Shown here in pieces: positions 48,257 to 57,914 of a stretch of 64,000 nt of DNA. Under the pieces are notes generated by a model. It was given only the letters and a program-made list of their open reading frames with translations. It was not told the origin of the DNA and ran no database searches. Source of the DNA: Bacteroidota bacterium. GTDB taxonomy: Bacteria > Bacteroidota > Ignavibacteria > Kryptoniales > JAKASW01. Position 1 is the first letter of the stretch. Every line of letters starts with the position of its first letter. The stretch spans positions 712 through 64,711 of the forward strand of contig JAKAMG010000020.1 of the NCBI GenBank assembly GCA_021812985.1, in the 5' to 3' direction. Made by a program: the position numbers and the translations under genes.

Positions 48257-50260
48257 TTATCTTACCTGCCTTTCAATTTCTTTCATCTCTTTCTTTTTCA
48301 GCTTAAGTGAATCCGCTGGAGTTGTAGCAGGCTTGGGCAGGCCGGGCTTCTCACCCTCTCCGCGAAGGACTGGAGCTCCGCTTTCTCCTTTAAGAACAGG
48401 GACGGTCTTCGTCGAGTCCAGACGTTTTTGCCGGGCCTCCGCGCTGTCCCGCAAGGCGGCCTCATAGCCGGAGATCGCAAGTGTAACTCCGGGACTGAAC
48501 TCGCTCGAGGGATACTCCGTCTTCAGAGCCTTGTAGTAGACGTACGCGGAGTCAGGCTTCTGCAGCCTCGTTTCATAGATCCAGCCTTTCAGGTAGAGCG
48601 CCTGCGGAACAAGCGGGGACTTCCGGTTCAATAACAATTGATTGAGCGTGTCCATCGCCGCGTCGTAGTTCTCCTGGTTCACGAGAGACAGCGCGTTTTG
48701 ATACTCTATCTGCGACAGATCAACGTCCCGCGGTGCTGGAACGCCGAGAAGGGATGCGGCAGAGGCAGCGTATTCAGATCTTGGGTAGTCCGTCAGCAGT
48801 TGTTCTAGATACATTTTACCGTCGGCCGTGTCACCAGTTGAGTAATAATATTCTCCTAGCGTGTATAGCGCGGAAGTGTATGCCTTAGATTTCGGGAAGT
48901 CCCTGATGATGTCTTTGTAAGATTTAATGGCGGAGTCAGGCATCTGCAGTTTGAACATGAAGAGACCAGCAAGCGACTCACGGGCATCGGCCGCGTGTTC
49001 GTAAAGCGTATCGAGATTGCTCTGCGTCAGCGCCTTCACGCTGTCGTTCCGCTCCGCCGCAAGCTCGGCCTTCCGGTAAAGGCTGTCCGACAGAATAACC
49101 TTATACCCCGTGATCATGTAGTCCTGCAAAGTTGTGGACATCTTCTGCGCCTGTTCGCTCATGCCGTAAACCTTTGGATGGCTTCCAACCCGCTGGTAGT
49201 ATTTCAGAGCAGACTGGAAGTCTCCAACGAGGTAGAGATAAGTTTGGGCCAGTCTGAATGCGCTTCGTGTCGAAGCCTCTGAGTTCGTGAAGGATGTATC
49301 GATTTTCTGAAATGCCGTCACTGCCTTAGACACTTCCCCCGAGTCGTACATGACCGCGGCTTCCTGATAGTCGATCAGAGGGAAGAAGTCAAAAAACTTG
49401 TCGTCCCCTCTCAACTCGTTCAGTCTGCCGAGCGCGACGTAGTACTGTTTCTGTAAACGCTGCACTCTTGCCAGGTAATAGAGGGAATAAAATCTGATCC
49501 GTATGTCTTTCGCGTCCCTCCCCGCCATCTTAAAGAGCGACTCTGCCCGATCTAGGTTGCCGATGTCGGAGAAAAGCATGCCTGCCCTGCACGCGAAGAA
49601 TGCCGCGTCGTCGCCGTCCGAGAAGACCGAAGCCGTATCAAGGTAGGCCGCCGCCGCAGCAGTGTCTTCCTGTCCGAGATAGTAGTCCGCGAGAATGCCG
49701 GAAGATTGGGAGACAACTTTCCGGTTCCCGCTCTCTCTGGCGAGCTGAATTGCCCTACGGACCCGGTTACGCCCGACTTCACCCTCCCGGCCGTTCAGTT
49801 CGAACGCGCCATAATACATCTCGGCCTCCGCGAACCGCTTGGTATTTGGGAAGGTCGCCTCGATTTCGAGAAACTTCCTCTCCCCCCTGACATTGTCTCC
49901 CTGGTAGTAATAGCTTATCCCGATGATGAAGAGGCAGTCCTCGGTGAAAGAGGAGTTAGGGTGGAGCTGGAGCACCTTAGAGGCTTTCGCGATTGCCATG
50001 TCGAAATCATTCTTTGCTCTCTGGCTCAATGCGAAAGGAGGCGGTTGTGCCCCCGAAATCAAGCTAAGCTGGTACGCGGCTTCACTGCTCTCCAAATCCT
50101 TCATCCCGTCATCATATGAGCGACTCGCGTTGTAATACGTGTTGAAGTATGCGGAGAAATTGTCGTACCCCTCCTTCACATAATTCCATGCGAAGCAGCC
50201 GCTGAAAGTACCGGAGAGGCCGATTAGAAGCGCAAAAAGTAGACGACTCTTTTTTATCAC
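48257..50260 (-). CDS. TPR-repeat lipoprotein
   Basis: 667 aa. GTG start; lipobox LSGTFSGC; many TPR-like units (repeated A..YY.LG..Y patterns); Lys/Glu/Pro-rich tail. Confidence 0.75.
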   Translation of the reverse strand: MIKKSRLLFALLIGLSGTFSGCFAWNYVKEGYDNFSAYFNTYYNASRSYDDGMKDLESSEAAYQLSLISGAQPPPFALSQRAKNDFDMAIAKASKVLQLHPNSSFTEDCLFIIGISYYYQGDNVRGERKFLEIEATFPNTKRFAEAEMYYGAFELNGREGEVGRNRVRRAIQLARESGNRKVVSQSSGILADYYLGQEDTAAAAAYLDTASVFSDGDDAAFFACRAGMLFSDIGNLDRAESLFKMAGRDAKDIRIRFYSLYYLARVQRLQKQYYVALGRLNELRGDDKFFDFFPLIDYQEAAVMYDSGEVSKAVTAFQKIDTSFTNSEASTRSAFRLAQTYLYLVGDFQSALKYYQRVGSHPKVYGMSEQAQKMSTTLQDYMITGYKVILSDSLYRKAELAAERNDSVKALTQSNLDTLYEHAADARESLAGLFMFKLQMPDSAIKSYKDIIRDFPKSKAYTSALYTLGEYYYSTGDTADGKMYLEQLLTDYPRSEYAASAASLLGVPAPRDVDLSQIEYQNALSLVNQENYDAAMDTLNQLLLNRKSPLVPQALYLKGWIYETRLQKPDSAYVYYKALKTEYPSSEFSPGVTLAISGYEAALRDSAEARQKRLDSTKTVPVLKGESGAPVLRGEGEKPGLPKPATTPADSLKLKKKEMKEIERQVR

Positions 50261-50409
50261 TGTAACTGAAGAAAAATAGCCTCACAGGCGGTTCAAAGTC
50301 AAGGCTGAACCGTGTGTGATCCAAATCTCGTTTGCTCCCCGGCCGGTCCTGCGAGGTTGCGATTATACGCTCGTTAAATTAATTTCATTTGCCAATCCGG
50401 GAAGGTAAC

Positions 50410-52017
50410 ATGTACTCGCTTTTTGAAGGGCTGAAGCAAGAAGAGATTGACGACCTACTGAAGCTTGCAAGCGTTGAATCCATTCCAGCAGGCACCATCC
50501 TCATGGCCGAAGGAGGCACAGCCAGCAGGCTCTACATCCTCAAGGAAGGACAAGTCGAGATCAGAAAACTGATCGACGAAAAAGATGAAGTCATCGGGAC
50601 TATCCGAGCAGGCGACTTTTTCGGTGAGCTTGCCCGCCTCGACGGAGAGCGGAATTCGGCCTCTGTCGTAGCGACTCGGGAATCCGTGGTGATAGCATTC
50701 GACCGAAGCAGCGTTGATGTGATGATTCGGCGTTATCCGGAAGTATCATGGAACATCGCCCGGGTCCTGTCCGAGCGCCTCCGCGCGTCCAACGACTCGC
50801 TGAAAAACCAGATCGAAATCCAAAAGATGGTAAGCCAGAAGGAAATATCGAGGCTAAATTCGATCGTCGAGGCGACACAAACTGTCAACTCATCGCTGGA
50901 GATAGACCGGGTACTGGAACTCATCCTTCAGGAGGCCATCAGAATTACTTTTGCCGAGCGTGGTACCATCTACCTTATCGACGACAACTCTCACGAGATC
51001 TGGGCGAGAATAATAGTTGGCGACGAGATTAGTGAGATCCGCCAGGCCATCGGAAAAGGGATATCGGGCTACGTTGCAGAAACCGGAGAAACAGTCAATA
51101 TCTCAGACGCTTACAGCGACGACCGGTTCAACCCGGAGTTCGACAGGAAATCCGGATTCAGAACAAAGAACATTCTGTGCATGCCGATGCGCAAGAAGGA
51201 CGGGAAAATAATCGGCGTGTTCCAGCTCATCAACAAGAGACACGGCAATTTCGATTTTGACAAGGAAGACGAAAGCTTTCTGAAGGCTTTCTCTGTTAAC
51301 GCTGCGATCGCTATCGAAAACTCCCGCATGGCACAGCAGATGGTGCAGAACGAACGACTCTCCGCCGTCGGACGAATGGCAGGAACAATCATCCACGATA
51401 TAAAGAACCCGATGGCGACCATAAGGCTCTACGCCCAGGTTTTAAAGAAGAAGGCGGGAAACGAAGAGGCCTCCTCTCTCGTCGATCAAATCATCAAGCA
51501 GATAGACCGGCTCGTGAACCTCGCACAGGAGGTGCTCGACTTCTCTCGCGGGGTGTCGCAGATGAACATTAAGTCGGTAAATTTCCAGGAATTCCTCAAC
51601 GATATCCTTATCTTTCTCCAAAAAGATTTCGACAAGCGCAACGTCGAGCTTCAGACCGAGAATTCCTTCCCAGGCGATATAGAAATCGACGCCGACAAAC
51701 TTACAAGAGTGATATTAAACATCGCGGGCAATGCCGCGGATGCCATGCCCAACGGCGGGAAGTTCTGCATCAGGGCACACTCCGATAAGCTCAAATTGAC
51801 AATCGAACTCGCCGACAACGGGAGCGGAATGCCTGAGGAAGTCCGGAGAAGAATTTTTGAGCCATTCGTCACCTTTGGCAAAAAAACCGGAACCGGACTC
51901 GGGATGGCCATAGTCAAAAAAATTATAGACGACCACCACGGCGAGATTGAAATTCAATCAGAGCTTGGGAAAGGAACCACGATGACGCTCCAGTTCCCCC
52001 TCAAACAACCTAAGTGA
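50410..52017 (+). CDS. Soluble sensor histidine kinase: cNMP-binding domain + GAF + HisKA + HATPase
   Basis: ATG at 50410 (GGGAAGG upstream). cNMP motif FFGELARLDGERNSASVVA; GAF region GTIYLIDDN...GVFQLINK; H-box IIHDIKNPM; G-boxes DNGSGMP and GTGLGMAIVKK. No TM helix. Confidence 0.85.
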   Translation: MYSLFEGLKQEEIDDLLKLASVESIPAGTILMAEGGTASRLYILKEGQVEIRKLIDEKDEVIGTIRAGDFFGELARLDGERNSASVVATRESVVIAFDRSSVDVMIRRYPEVSWNIARVLSERLRASNDSLKNQIEIQKMVSQKEISRLNSIVEATQTVNSSLEIDRVLELILQEAIRITFAERGTIYLIDDNSHEIWARIIVGDEISEIRQAIGKGISGYVAETGETVNISDAYSDDRFNPEFDRKSGFRTKNILCMPMRKKDGKIIGVFQLINKRHGNFDFDKEDESFLKAFSVNAAIAIENSRMAQQMVQNERLSAVGRMAGTIIHDIKNPMATIRLYAQVLKKKAGNEEASSLVDQIIKQIDRLVNLAQEVLDFSRGVSQMNIKSVNFQEFLNDILIFLQKDFDKRNVELQTENSFPGDIEIDADKLTRVILNIAGNAADAMPNGGKFCIRAHSDKLKLTIELADNGSGMPEEVRRRIFEPFVTFGKKTGTGLGMAIVKKIIDDHHGEIEIQSELGKGTTMTLQFPLKQPK

Positions 52018-52018
52018 G

Positions 52019-52546
52019 ATGATACGGGATTACGAAGGCAAGATTATCGAGGTGATCCAGGGGGATATCACCGACTTCGACGGGGACGTTATAGTCAACG
52101 CTGCGAACAATCATTTCTGGATGGGCGCCGGTGTGGCAGGCGCAATTAGACGAAGAGGCGGTCAGCAGATCGAAGAGGATGCGAAGAGGCAGGGCCCAAG
52201 GCCTGTCGGAGATGCCGTGATAACTTCAGGCGGGAAGCTCAAAGCCAGGCACGTAATTCACGCGGCCGTCATGGGACAGGACCTCATCACGGACGCAGAC
52301 ATCATTCGCAAGGCGACACTCTCCTCGCTGACACTGGCGGAGACCAAAGGTTTGGAATCAATCGCCTTCCCCGCTCTGGGCACTGGCGTCGGCGGGTTTC
52401 CCCTTTCTGACGCGGCTGCGATCATGATCGCGGTCGCTGCGGGGTTCCTCAAAGACTCATCGAGCGTCAAACGCGTCACGTTCGTCCTTTACGGGCGCGA
52501 GGCATACGATGCTTTCGCGGAAGTCCTCACAGCAAAGTCAGCCTAG
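52019..52546 (+). CDS. Macro-domain protein (MacroD/YmdB-like ADP-ribose-binding or hydrolase)
   Basis: 175 aa. GDITDFDGDVIVNAANNHFWMGAGVAGAI and IAFPALGTGVGGFP. The ATG lies 1 nt after the kinase stop (TGAGATG). Confidence 0.85.
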   Translation: MIRDYEGKIIEVIQGDITDFDGDVIVNAANNHFWMGAGVAGAIRRRGGQQIEEDAKRQGPRPVGDAVITSGGKLKARHVIHAAVMGQDLITDADIIRKATLSSLTLAETKGLESIAFPALGTGVGGFPLSDAAAIMIAVAAGFLKDSSSVKRVTFVLYGREAYDAFAEVLTAKSA

Positions 52547-52628
52547 CTCGCCCTCTTCCCTGCAACAGTCCATGATTTATGCCGGCGCGCCTCCCTGGAT
52601 GAAGACATAAACGCGCAGGTTAAGTACA

Positions 52629-53036
52629 TCAGTGCTTCAAGAGCTTCGAGTAAAGGCGGGTCATCTCTTCCGCATCAGCCTTCGCCTTAGGATAGTAGAT
52701 CGCGTTAAATTTCTCGGCCATCGGTTTCAGCGTGTCGTAAGGGTCGCCTGTGCAAAAGACGGCCGGCGACGAAATGTTCGGGCCACTCTTCCTCATCAAT
52801 TGAAGGAGCGCAATTCCAGGCAGATGGCCTGGTGAAACATCGTCTTTGAACTCGTTGTCCATGACTACAAGGTCAAACTTTTTCTCTTCGAGGAACTTCC
52901 TCGTCCCAACGCTGTCCGAAGACTCGAATATTTTCAGTTGCGCCCCGAGGAGTTTGGCCACTTCGTCGAGTACCAGTTTTTGGACATTCCTTTGTGATTC
53001 ATCATCATCAGCTATGAGAATATTGTATTCAGCCAT
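52629..53036 (-). CDS. Stand-alone response regulator receiver
   Basis: 135 aa. ILIADDDE, phospho-acceptor Asp in DLVVMDNEF, CTG, YYPKA. The ATG lies 1 nt after the mnmA stop. Confidence 0.8.
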   Translation of the reverse strand: MAEYNILIADDDESQRNVQKLVLDEVAKLLGAQLKIFESSDSVGTRKFLEEKKFDLVVMDNEFKDDVSPGHLPGIALLQLMRKSGPNISSPAVFCTGDPYDTLKPMAEKFNAIYYPKAKADAEEMTRLYSKLLKH

Positions 53037-53037
53037 T

Positions 53038-54150
53038 TCATTCCATGATATTCGATATTATGCCACCGGCAACCACATCATCACCATCATAGATCACGAC
53101 GCTTTGTCCGGGTGTGATCGCCCGGCGCGGGGAGGCGAACTCGACTTCGATGCGGCCGTCCGCGGCATTCCTGACGGTGCAGTCGGCCCCCGGATCCTTG
53201 TACCTGATCTTCGCCTTGAAGATAGCCTCCTGCGGGACTTCCGCGTATTTAACCATGTTGACCTGCTCAGCGATGAGCCCTCGTGAATAAAGCTTCTCCC
53301 CCGTATCGACTTCAACCACGTTCCTTTGCGAGTCGATTTTTCTGACGTACAGTGGCGCATCGTGGCTTAGGCCGAGCCCCTTCCTCTGACCTATGGTGTA
53401 AAAGGGATAGCCCTCATGAGCCCCAACTTTCTCGCCGTTGAGTATAATATCGCCGCCGCCCACTCTTTCCTTTAGACCCGGGACTGCGTCGCGAAGGAAT
53501 CTCGTGTAATCGTTGTCAGCGACAAAACAAATTTCGTAACTCTCCGGTTTCGTTGCGCTGGACAGTCCATAGCTGGCAGCCAGTTCACGCACCTCCGGCT
53601 TCGTCATATCGCTGAGCGGGAATATTGTTCTGCTGAGACTCTCCTGAGTCAATCCGTACAGCGCATATGACTGATCCTTCGAGGTGTCCCTCCCGCGAGA
53701 AAGGACGTGACGTCCGAGTCCTTCGTCAAATCTGACTTTGGCATAATGACCGGTGCAAACATGATCGGCACCGAGACTTGAGGCCTTCTCGAGGAGATAC
53801 TCCCACTTAATCTTTCGATTGCAAATCACGCAGGGATTGGGCGTACGTCCTGCGAGGTATTCGCGGACGAATTCATCTATGACTTCCCTCTTGAAACGGT
53901 CGGAGAAATCGAACACGTAGTGTGGAAACCCGAATTTATTTGCGACGCTCCGCGCCATGTTAATGCCGTCGATGGAACAGCAGCTCGAATCGCGGTTGTC
54001 GTTCCCTCCAACATCCTCATAGTCGTACGTCTTTATCGTCACGCCAATGACATCGTAACCTTCCTTAATCATAAGGACGGCGGCAAGTGAGGAGTCGACG
54101 CCGCCACTCATGGCAACTATCACTCTCCCCTTCTTCGTTTCCGGCTTCAT
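53038..54150 (-). CDS. mnmA: tRNA 2-thiouridine(34) synthase
   Basis: 370 aa. PP-loop VAMSGGVDSS; CNRKIKW; typical length. Confidence 0.95.
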   Translation of the reverse strand: MKPETKKGRVIVAMSGGVDSSLAAVLMIKEGYDVIGVTIKTYDYEDVGGNDNRDSSCCSIDGINMARSVANKFGFPHYVFDFSDRFKREVIDEFVREYLAGRTPNPCVICNRKIKWEYLLEKASSLGADHVCTGHYAKVRFDEGLGRHVLSRGRDTSKDQSYALYGLTQESLSRTIFPLSDMTKPEVRELAASYGLSSATKPESYEICFVADNDYTRFLRDAVPGLKERVGGGDIILNGEKVGAHEGYPFYTIGQRKGLGLSHDAPLYVRKIDSQRNVVEVDTGEKLYSRGLIAEQVNMVKYAEVPQEAIFKAKIRYKDPGADCTVRNAADGRIEVEFASPRRAITPGQSVVIYDGDDVVAGGIISNIME

Positions 54151-54310
54151 AACGTGATAATTTAAGCAAAGTCCGGTGGTTATGAAAGATTAGAGAGCAC
54201 TCCGGTTCGCCTGACCAAAGTCAGTTTAGGAGTAGGAGAGCACGAGGTTCAAACACGCATTTTGCTGAGAGACCTCGCAGCGGTATTCAGCCGCGGACCG
54301 CCAAGCGGAG

Positions 54311-55093
54311 CTACGCACCTTGCCAGACGGGCTTCCTCTTCTCCAGAAATGCGGTCGTCCCCTCCTTGTGGTCCGATGTGCCACACGACAGGGCGAACAG
54401 TTGAGATTCGACCCTCATTCCCTCATCCTGGGGGAGCTGAAAGGCGGCGTCTATGGCCTGGAGTGCGAGCCTGACAGCGAATGGAGCCTTTTCGGAAATT
54501 GTCTCGACCAGTTTCAGCACAGCTGGCATGAGCTCAGCCTTGTCCACGACGCTATTCACCAGCCGAAGGGAAAGCGCCTTCTCGGCATCTATTTGGGCTC
54601 CGGTGATGATGAGCTCAGTGGCTACCCCCCTCCCGGCAAGCCTCGCCAAGCGCTGAGTCCCTCCGTATCCGGGAATTATACCAAGGTTAACCTCTGGCTG
54701 ACCAAACTTGGCGTTTCTCGATGCGATCCTAATATGGCACGCCCATGCGAGCTCGCTACCGCCGCCGAGGGCGTACCCGTTGACTGCGGCAATGACCAGC
54801 TTTCTGAACTTCTCGATCCTATTGAAGAGACTTTGACCGCGCTCAGCAAAGTCCTTTGCGGTTATCACGTCAAGTTTGCTTATCTCGGTGATATCCGCGC
54901 CCGCCACGAAAGCCTTTTCTCCCGCCCCGGTGATGACCACCGCTGCAACCTCCCTATCAGCCTCAGCTGTGCTCAGGGCTGAATCCAGTTCACGTAGGAC
55001 TGATGAATCGAGAGCGTTAAGTCTCTCCGGACGGTTAATTGTTATAACCGCCGCGCGGCCTACTCTTTCGTAAAGAATAGACTTCTGTTCCAT
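54311..55093 (-). CDS. Enoyl-CoA hydratase (crotonase fold)
   Basis: 260 aa. ITGAGEKAFVAGADI, ALGGGSELA, and a Glu-containing G.PE region (FGQPEVNLGIIPGYGGTQRL). Confidence 0.9.
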   Translation of the reverse strand: MEQKSILYERVGRAAVITINRPERLNALDSSVLRELDSALSTAEADREVAAVVITGAGEKAFVAGADITEISKLDVITAKDFAERGQSLFNRIEKFRKLVIAAVNGYALGGGSELAWACHIRIASRNAKFGQPEVNLGIIPGYGGTQRLARLAGRGVATELIITGAQIDAEKALSLRLVNSVVDKAELMPAVLKLVETISEKAPFAVRLALQAIDAAFQLPQDEGMRVESQLFALSCGTSDHKEGTTAFLEKRKPVWQGA

Positions 55094-55111
55094 GTTAGCC
55101 TGCTCCTTGTA

Positions 55112-56188
55112 TTATGCAACCTCAACCCGGCTTTGATCGCCGATCATGAATCGCTGTACCCGTGGCTTGCCATCGGCGCGCACTATTTCAACATCGTTGC
55201 CGAGCAAGCTCCCTTCAATCCGCATCCCGGCATCGATTATCCTGCACCCCCGAAGGACTATGCTGTACTCAACTTCGCTGTTCGAGACATTTGTCCCTGC
55301 TCCGATTGAAGTAAAAGGACCGATGTAGCTGTTCACTATCACCGCTCCCTCACCGATAATAGCAGGTCCCCTGACCTTGCTCCCGATGATCCTGCAACCC
55401 CTTTGAAGCACGACCCTCCCGGCGACATCGCTGTGCGGGTCGATCTCGACGCCATCTTCAATATGCGGGTCTGTATTTTCCAAAATCAACCTGTTAGCCT
55501 CGAGGAGGTCAAGTGGTTTACCGGTGTCTTTCCACCAACCCGTGATTTCGGAAAAGCCAATTTTGTAGCCGTGGTCTATCAGGTACTGGTGGGCGTCTGA
55601 AATCTCAAGCTCCCCCCGCCCGCTTGGAACGATACCGTTTACCGCCTCAAAAATATGATGATCGTAAATGTAAATCCCTGCAACGGCGTAATTGCTCTTC
55701 GGCTCCCTCGGCTTCTCTTCTACACGGACAATTTCGCCATTCCTGATCTCTGGAACCCCGAAGCGTTCAGGGTCCTTGACCTTTGCGAGCGCGAGGAAGC
55801 AGTTGGCACCGCTCCGCTGGAATTCGTCGAGGTATTTCTTGACGCCGCCGACAACCATGTTGTCGCCGAGATAGAATATGAAGTTATCCTTTCCAATAAA
55901 CGGCTCGGCTATCCTCACGACATGAGCGAGGCCGCTCGGGGAATCCTGCGGAATGTAAGTTATCTTGGTTCCCCACCTTCTCCCGTCACCGATGGCCTTG
56001 GGAACTTCATCGCTGTCGGCATTGATGACAATCCCTATCTCTTTAATCCCTGCCGAAGCCGCGGCCTCAATCGCATAGTGAAGGATCGGCTTATTAGCGA
56101 TCGGTATCAAGTGCTTGTTCTGAGTATGGGTAATCGGTCTCAGCCGTGTGCCGCGGCCACCGCTGGCGATCAACGCCTTGAAATTCAT
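55112..56188 (-). CDS. Long-form sugar-1-phosphate nucleotidyltransferase (glucose-1-phosphate thymidylyltransferase-like, with a C-terminal left-handed beta-helix)
   Basis: 358 aa. ASGGRGTRLRPITHTQNKHLIPI, then hexapeptide-repeat-like C-half. TAATG overlap with the upstream gene. Confidence 0.8.
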   Translation of the reverse strand: MNFKALIASGGRGTRLRPITHTQNKHLIPIANKPILHYAIEAAASAGIKEIGIVINADSDEVPKAIGDGRRWGTKITYIPQDSPSGLAHVVRIAEPFIGKDNFIFYLGDNMVVGGVKKYLDEFQRSGANCFLALAKVKDPERFGVPEIRNGEIVRVEEKPREPKSNYAVAGIYIYDHHIFEAVNGIVPSGRGELEISDAHQYLIDHGYKIGFSEITGWWKDTGKPLDLLEANRLILENTDPHIEDGVEIDPHSDVAGRVVLQRGCRIIGSKVRGPAIIGEGAVIVNSYIGPFTSIGAGTNVSNSEVEYSIVLRGCRIIDAGMRIEGSLLGNDVEIVRADGKPRVQRFMIGDQSRVEVA

Positions 56189-57075
56189 TATGCCTCCAGC
56201 ATTCGCTTGATTTTCAATAGCCTCCTCTTCTTTTGTACGTCCATCTCGCTTCTCAACAAGAGTTCAACTCCAAGAAGAGACGAAGACCTGTAAAACTGCG
56301 ACAGAGAGGGGTAATTTTCAAGCGACTTGAGATGTGCCATGATAACCCCAATGTCGCCGCGGGCAAGCGGTCCCGTCAGTGCGGATCCACTTCCAACCCG
56401 AGCCAAATTACCGGACGTCGAGCCCAATAAGCCAAGAAGCAAGCCCTTAGCTTCGCTCCTTGGGATAAACCTGGAGATCAGCCCCTCCGATGCTTGCATC
56501 CCAATCACAGTGAAATTGGACACGATGACGCTTGCCAGGTGGAGAGCCTGTCGCTCATCGTCGGACTTGAGAATTAGGAGCCTCGCATTGAGGAGAGCCG
56601 CAATTTTCCTGGCCATTCCCTTCGCAGTCTTTTCCCCAAGAAAATCGTAATAGATATGGGACGCCGACGAGGGAGAGTATCTCTTGGCGAACGCGGAAAT
56701 AGGATGAAAGGCCCCCGTGTGCGCTCCCGCGTCTTTCAAGCTCGCGAGCGTATCCAGACCGATGACTCCGCTGGCGTGGAGAACAACCTTCTTCCTCCAG
56801 TCAAAATCTGGCAGAGATGCAATCTTCTCTGCCGTCGGCCCTATCTGATCATCAGGAGTCGTTATGAAAAGGAGATCAAAGTCTGGTTGGAGGGACTCCA
56901 TCGAGCTAAGAATAACCGCTCCGGGCAGTTCTCTTCTAATCCTCCGCGACTCTCCTGCCGAACTCTCACTGTACACCGATACGCATCGCCAGCCCTTTTC
57001 CTCCAACGCCGGACCAAGACTCGATCCCACCCGACCTAAGCCAATTACGGAAAATCTCACCCCCTTGGCGGTCAC
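56188..57075 (-). CDS. Rossmann + DUF2520 oxidoreductase (PanG-like family, tentative)
   Basis: 295 aa. FSVIGLGRVGSSLG NAD(P) motif and a C-terminal DUF2520-like helical domain. GTG start in a GTGA overlap with the Memo gene stop. Confidence 0.65.
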   Translation of the reverse strand: MTAKGVRFSVIGLGRVGSSLGPALEEKGWRCVSVYSESSAGESRRIRRELPGAVILSSMESLQPDFDLLFITTPDDQIGPTAEKIASLPDFDWRKKVVLHASGVIGLDTLASLKDAGAHTGAFHPISAFAKRYSPSSASHIYYDFLGEKTAKGMARKIAALLNARLLILKSDDERQALHLASVIVSNFTVIGMQASEGLISRFIPRSEAKGLLLGLLGSTSGNLARVGSGSALTGPLARGDIGVIMAHLKSLENYPSLSQFYRSSSLLGVELLLRSEMDVQKKRRLLKIKRMLEA

Positions 57076-57914
57076 GAGACAACAGCCGACAAGTAACCAA
57101 CCACTGCAGACTTATCCCTTGTGGTGTCACCGGAATTACAGTGGTGTAATATCTCACCTTTCGTCATGCCGGACTTCCTTGCAGCCATCATGAGAGCCAC
57201 GATTGGCCCTCCACCGCAGGCCTCACAACGACGGCTCTCGATATCTTCCAATAGTCTGACCGGATCCAACCGGGCAACATCGTCAATGCAAACGTCATCC
57301 ATATCATTTGCAGTATCGTAGTCGTAGTAGTGAGACAGATCCGAGCTGGCAACGACTAGGGTGGTCTCATCTTTTGCCAACGCCGCCAGAACCTCTCCAA
57401 GCGTATTGCAGTAGCGCCTTTTTTGGTCTCCCATTACAATTGGAAGTAGTGTAAATTCTCCAAGCTGGAGCTGTAGAAACGGGAGTTGAACTTCCAGGGC
57501 ATGCTCGGACTTATGACCAGCTCTTGACTCTATAGCGACCTCACCGGCCGTTTCCATGAAAGCTTCGCGCAAACCTGAGTCGACGGCCACTTCTCCAAGA
57601 GGAGTGGAATAGGCCTTCCCCGAAAACACCGAAATGCCGTCGAAATATTCCCGGTGACTTGGCGACACGACAATCACTCTCTTAAACTGTCCGCGAGAAA
57701 GCGTTGCGTAGCCGTGAGCGGCGGTGAAGCCGCTGTAAGTGTACCCGGCATGAGGCGATATGATGCCAAAGGGTCTCTTGCGCCGTTCGGTGACCAAGTC
57801 CCCCCTCGCTCTTTCCAGCAAGGCCATGCACTCCCTCTCTAACTCTCCCCTTTCGGCGGGATAGAAGAGTCCCGCAACCGCGGGGGGACGGACGTAATCA
57901 CGTTCCTTCTGCAA
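57072..57914 (-). CDS. AmmeMemoRadiSam system protein B (Memo-like)
   Basis: 280 aa. RPPAVAGLFYP and ISPHAGYTYSG motifs. A TTG start at 57914 is needed to retain the conserved N-terminus. Confidence 0.8.
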   Translation of the reverse strand: MQKERDYVRPPAVAGLFYPAERGELERECMALLERARGDLVTERRKRPFGIISPHAGYTYSGFTAAHGYATLSRGQFKRVIVVSPSHREYFDGISVFSGKAYSTPLGEVAVDSGLREAFMETAGEVAIESRAGHKSEHALEVQLPFLQLQLGEFTLLPIVMGDQKRRYCNTLGEVLAALAKDETTLVVASSDLSHYYDYDTANDMDDVCIDDVARLDPVRLLEDIESRRCEACGGGPIVALMMAARKSGMTKGEILHHCNSGDTTRDKSAVVGYLSAVVS

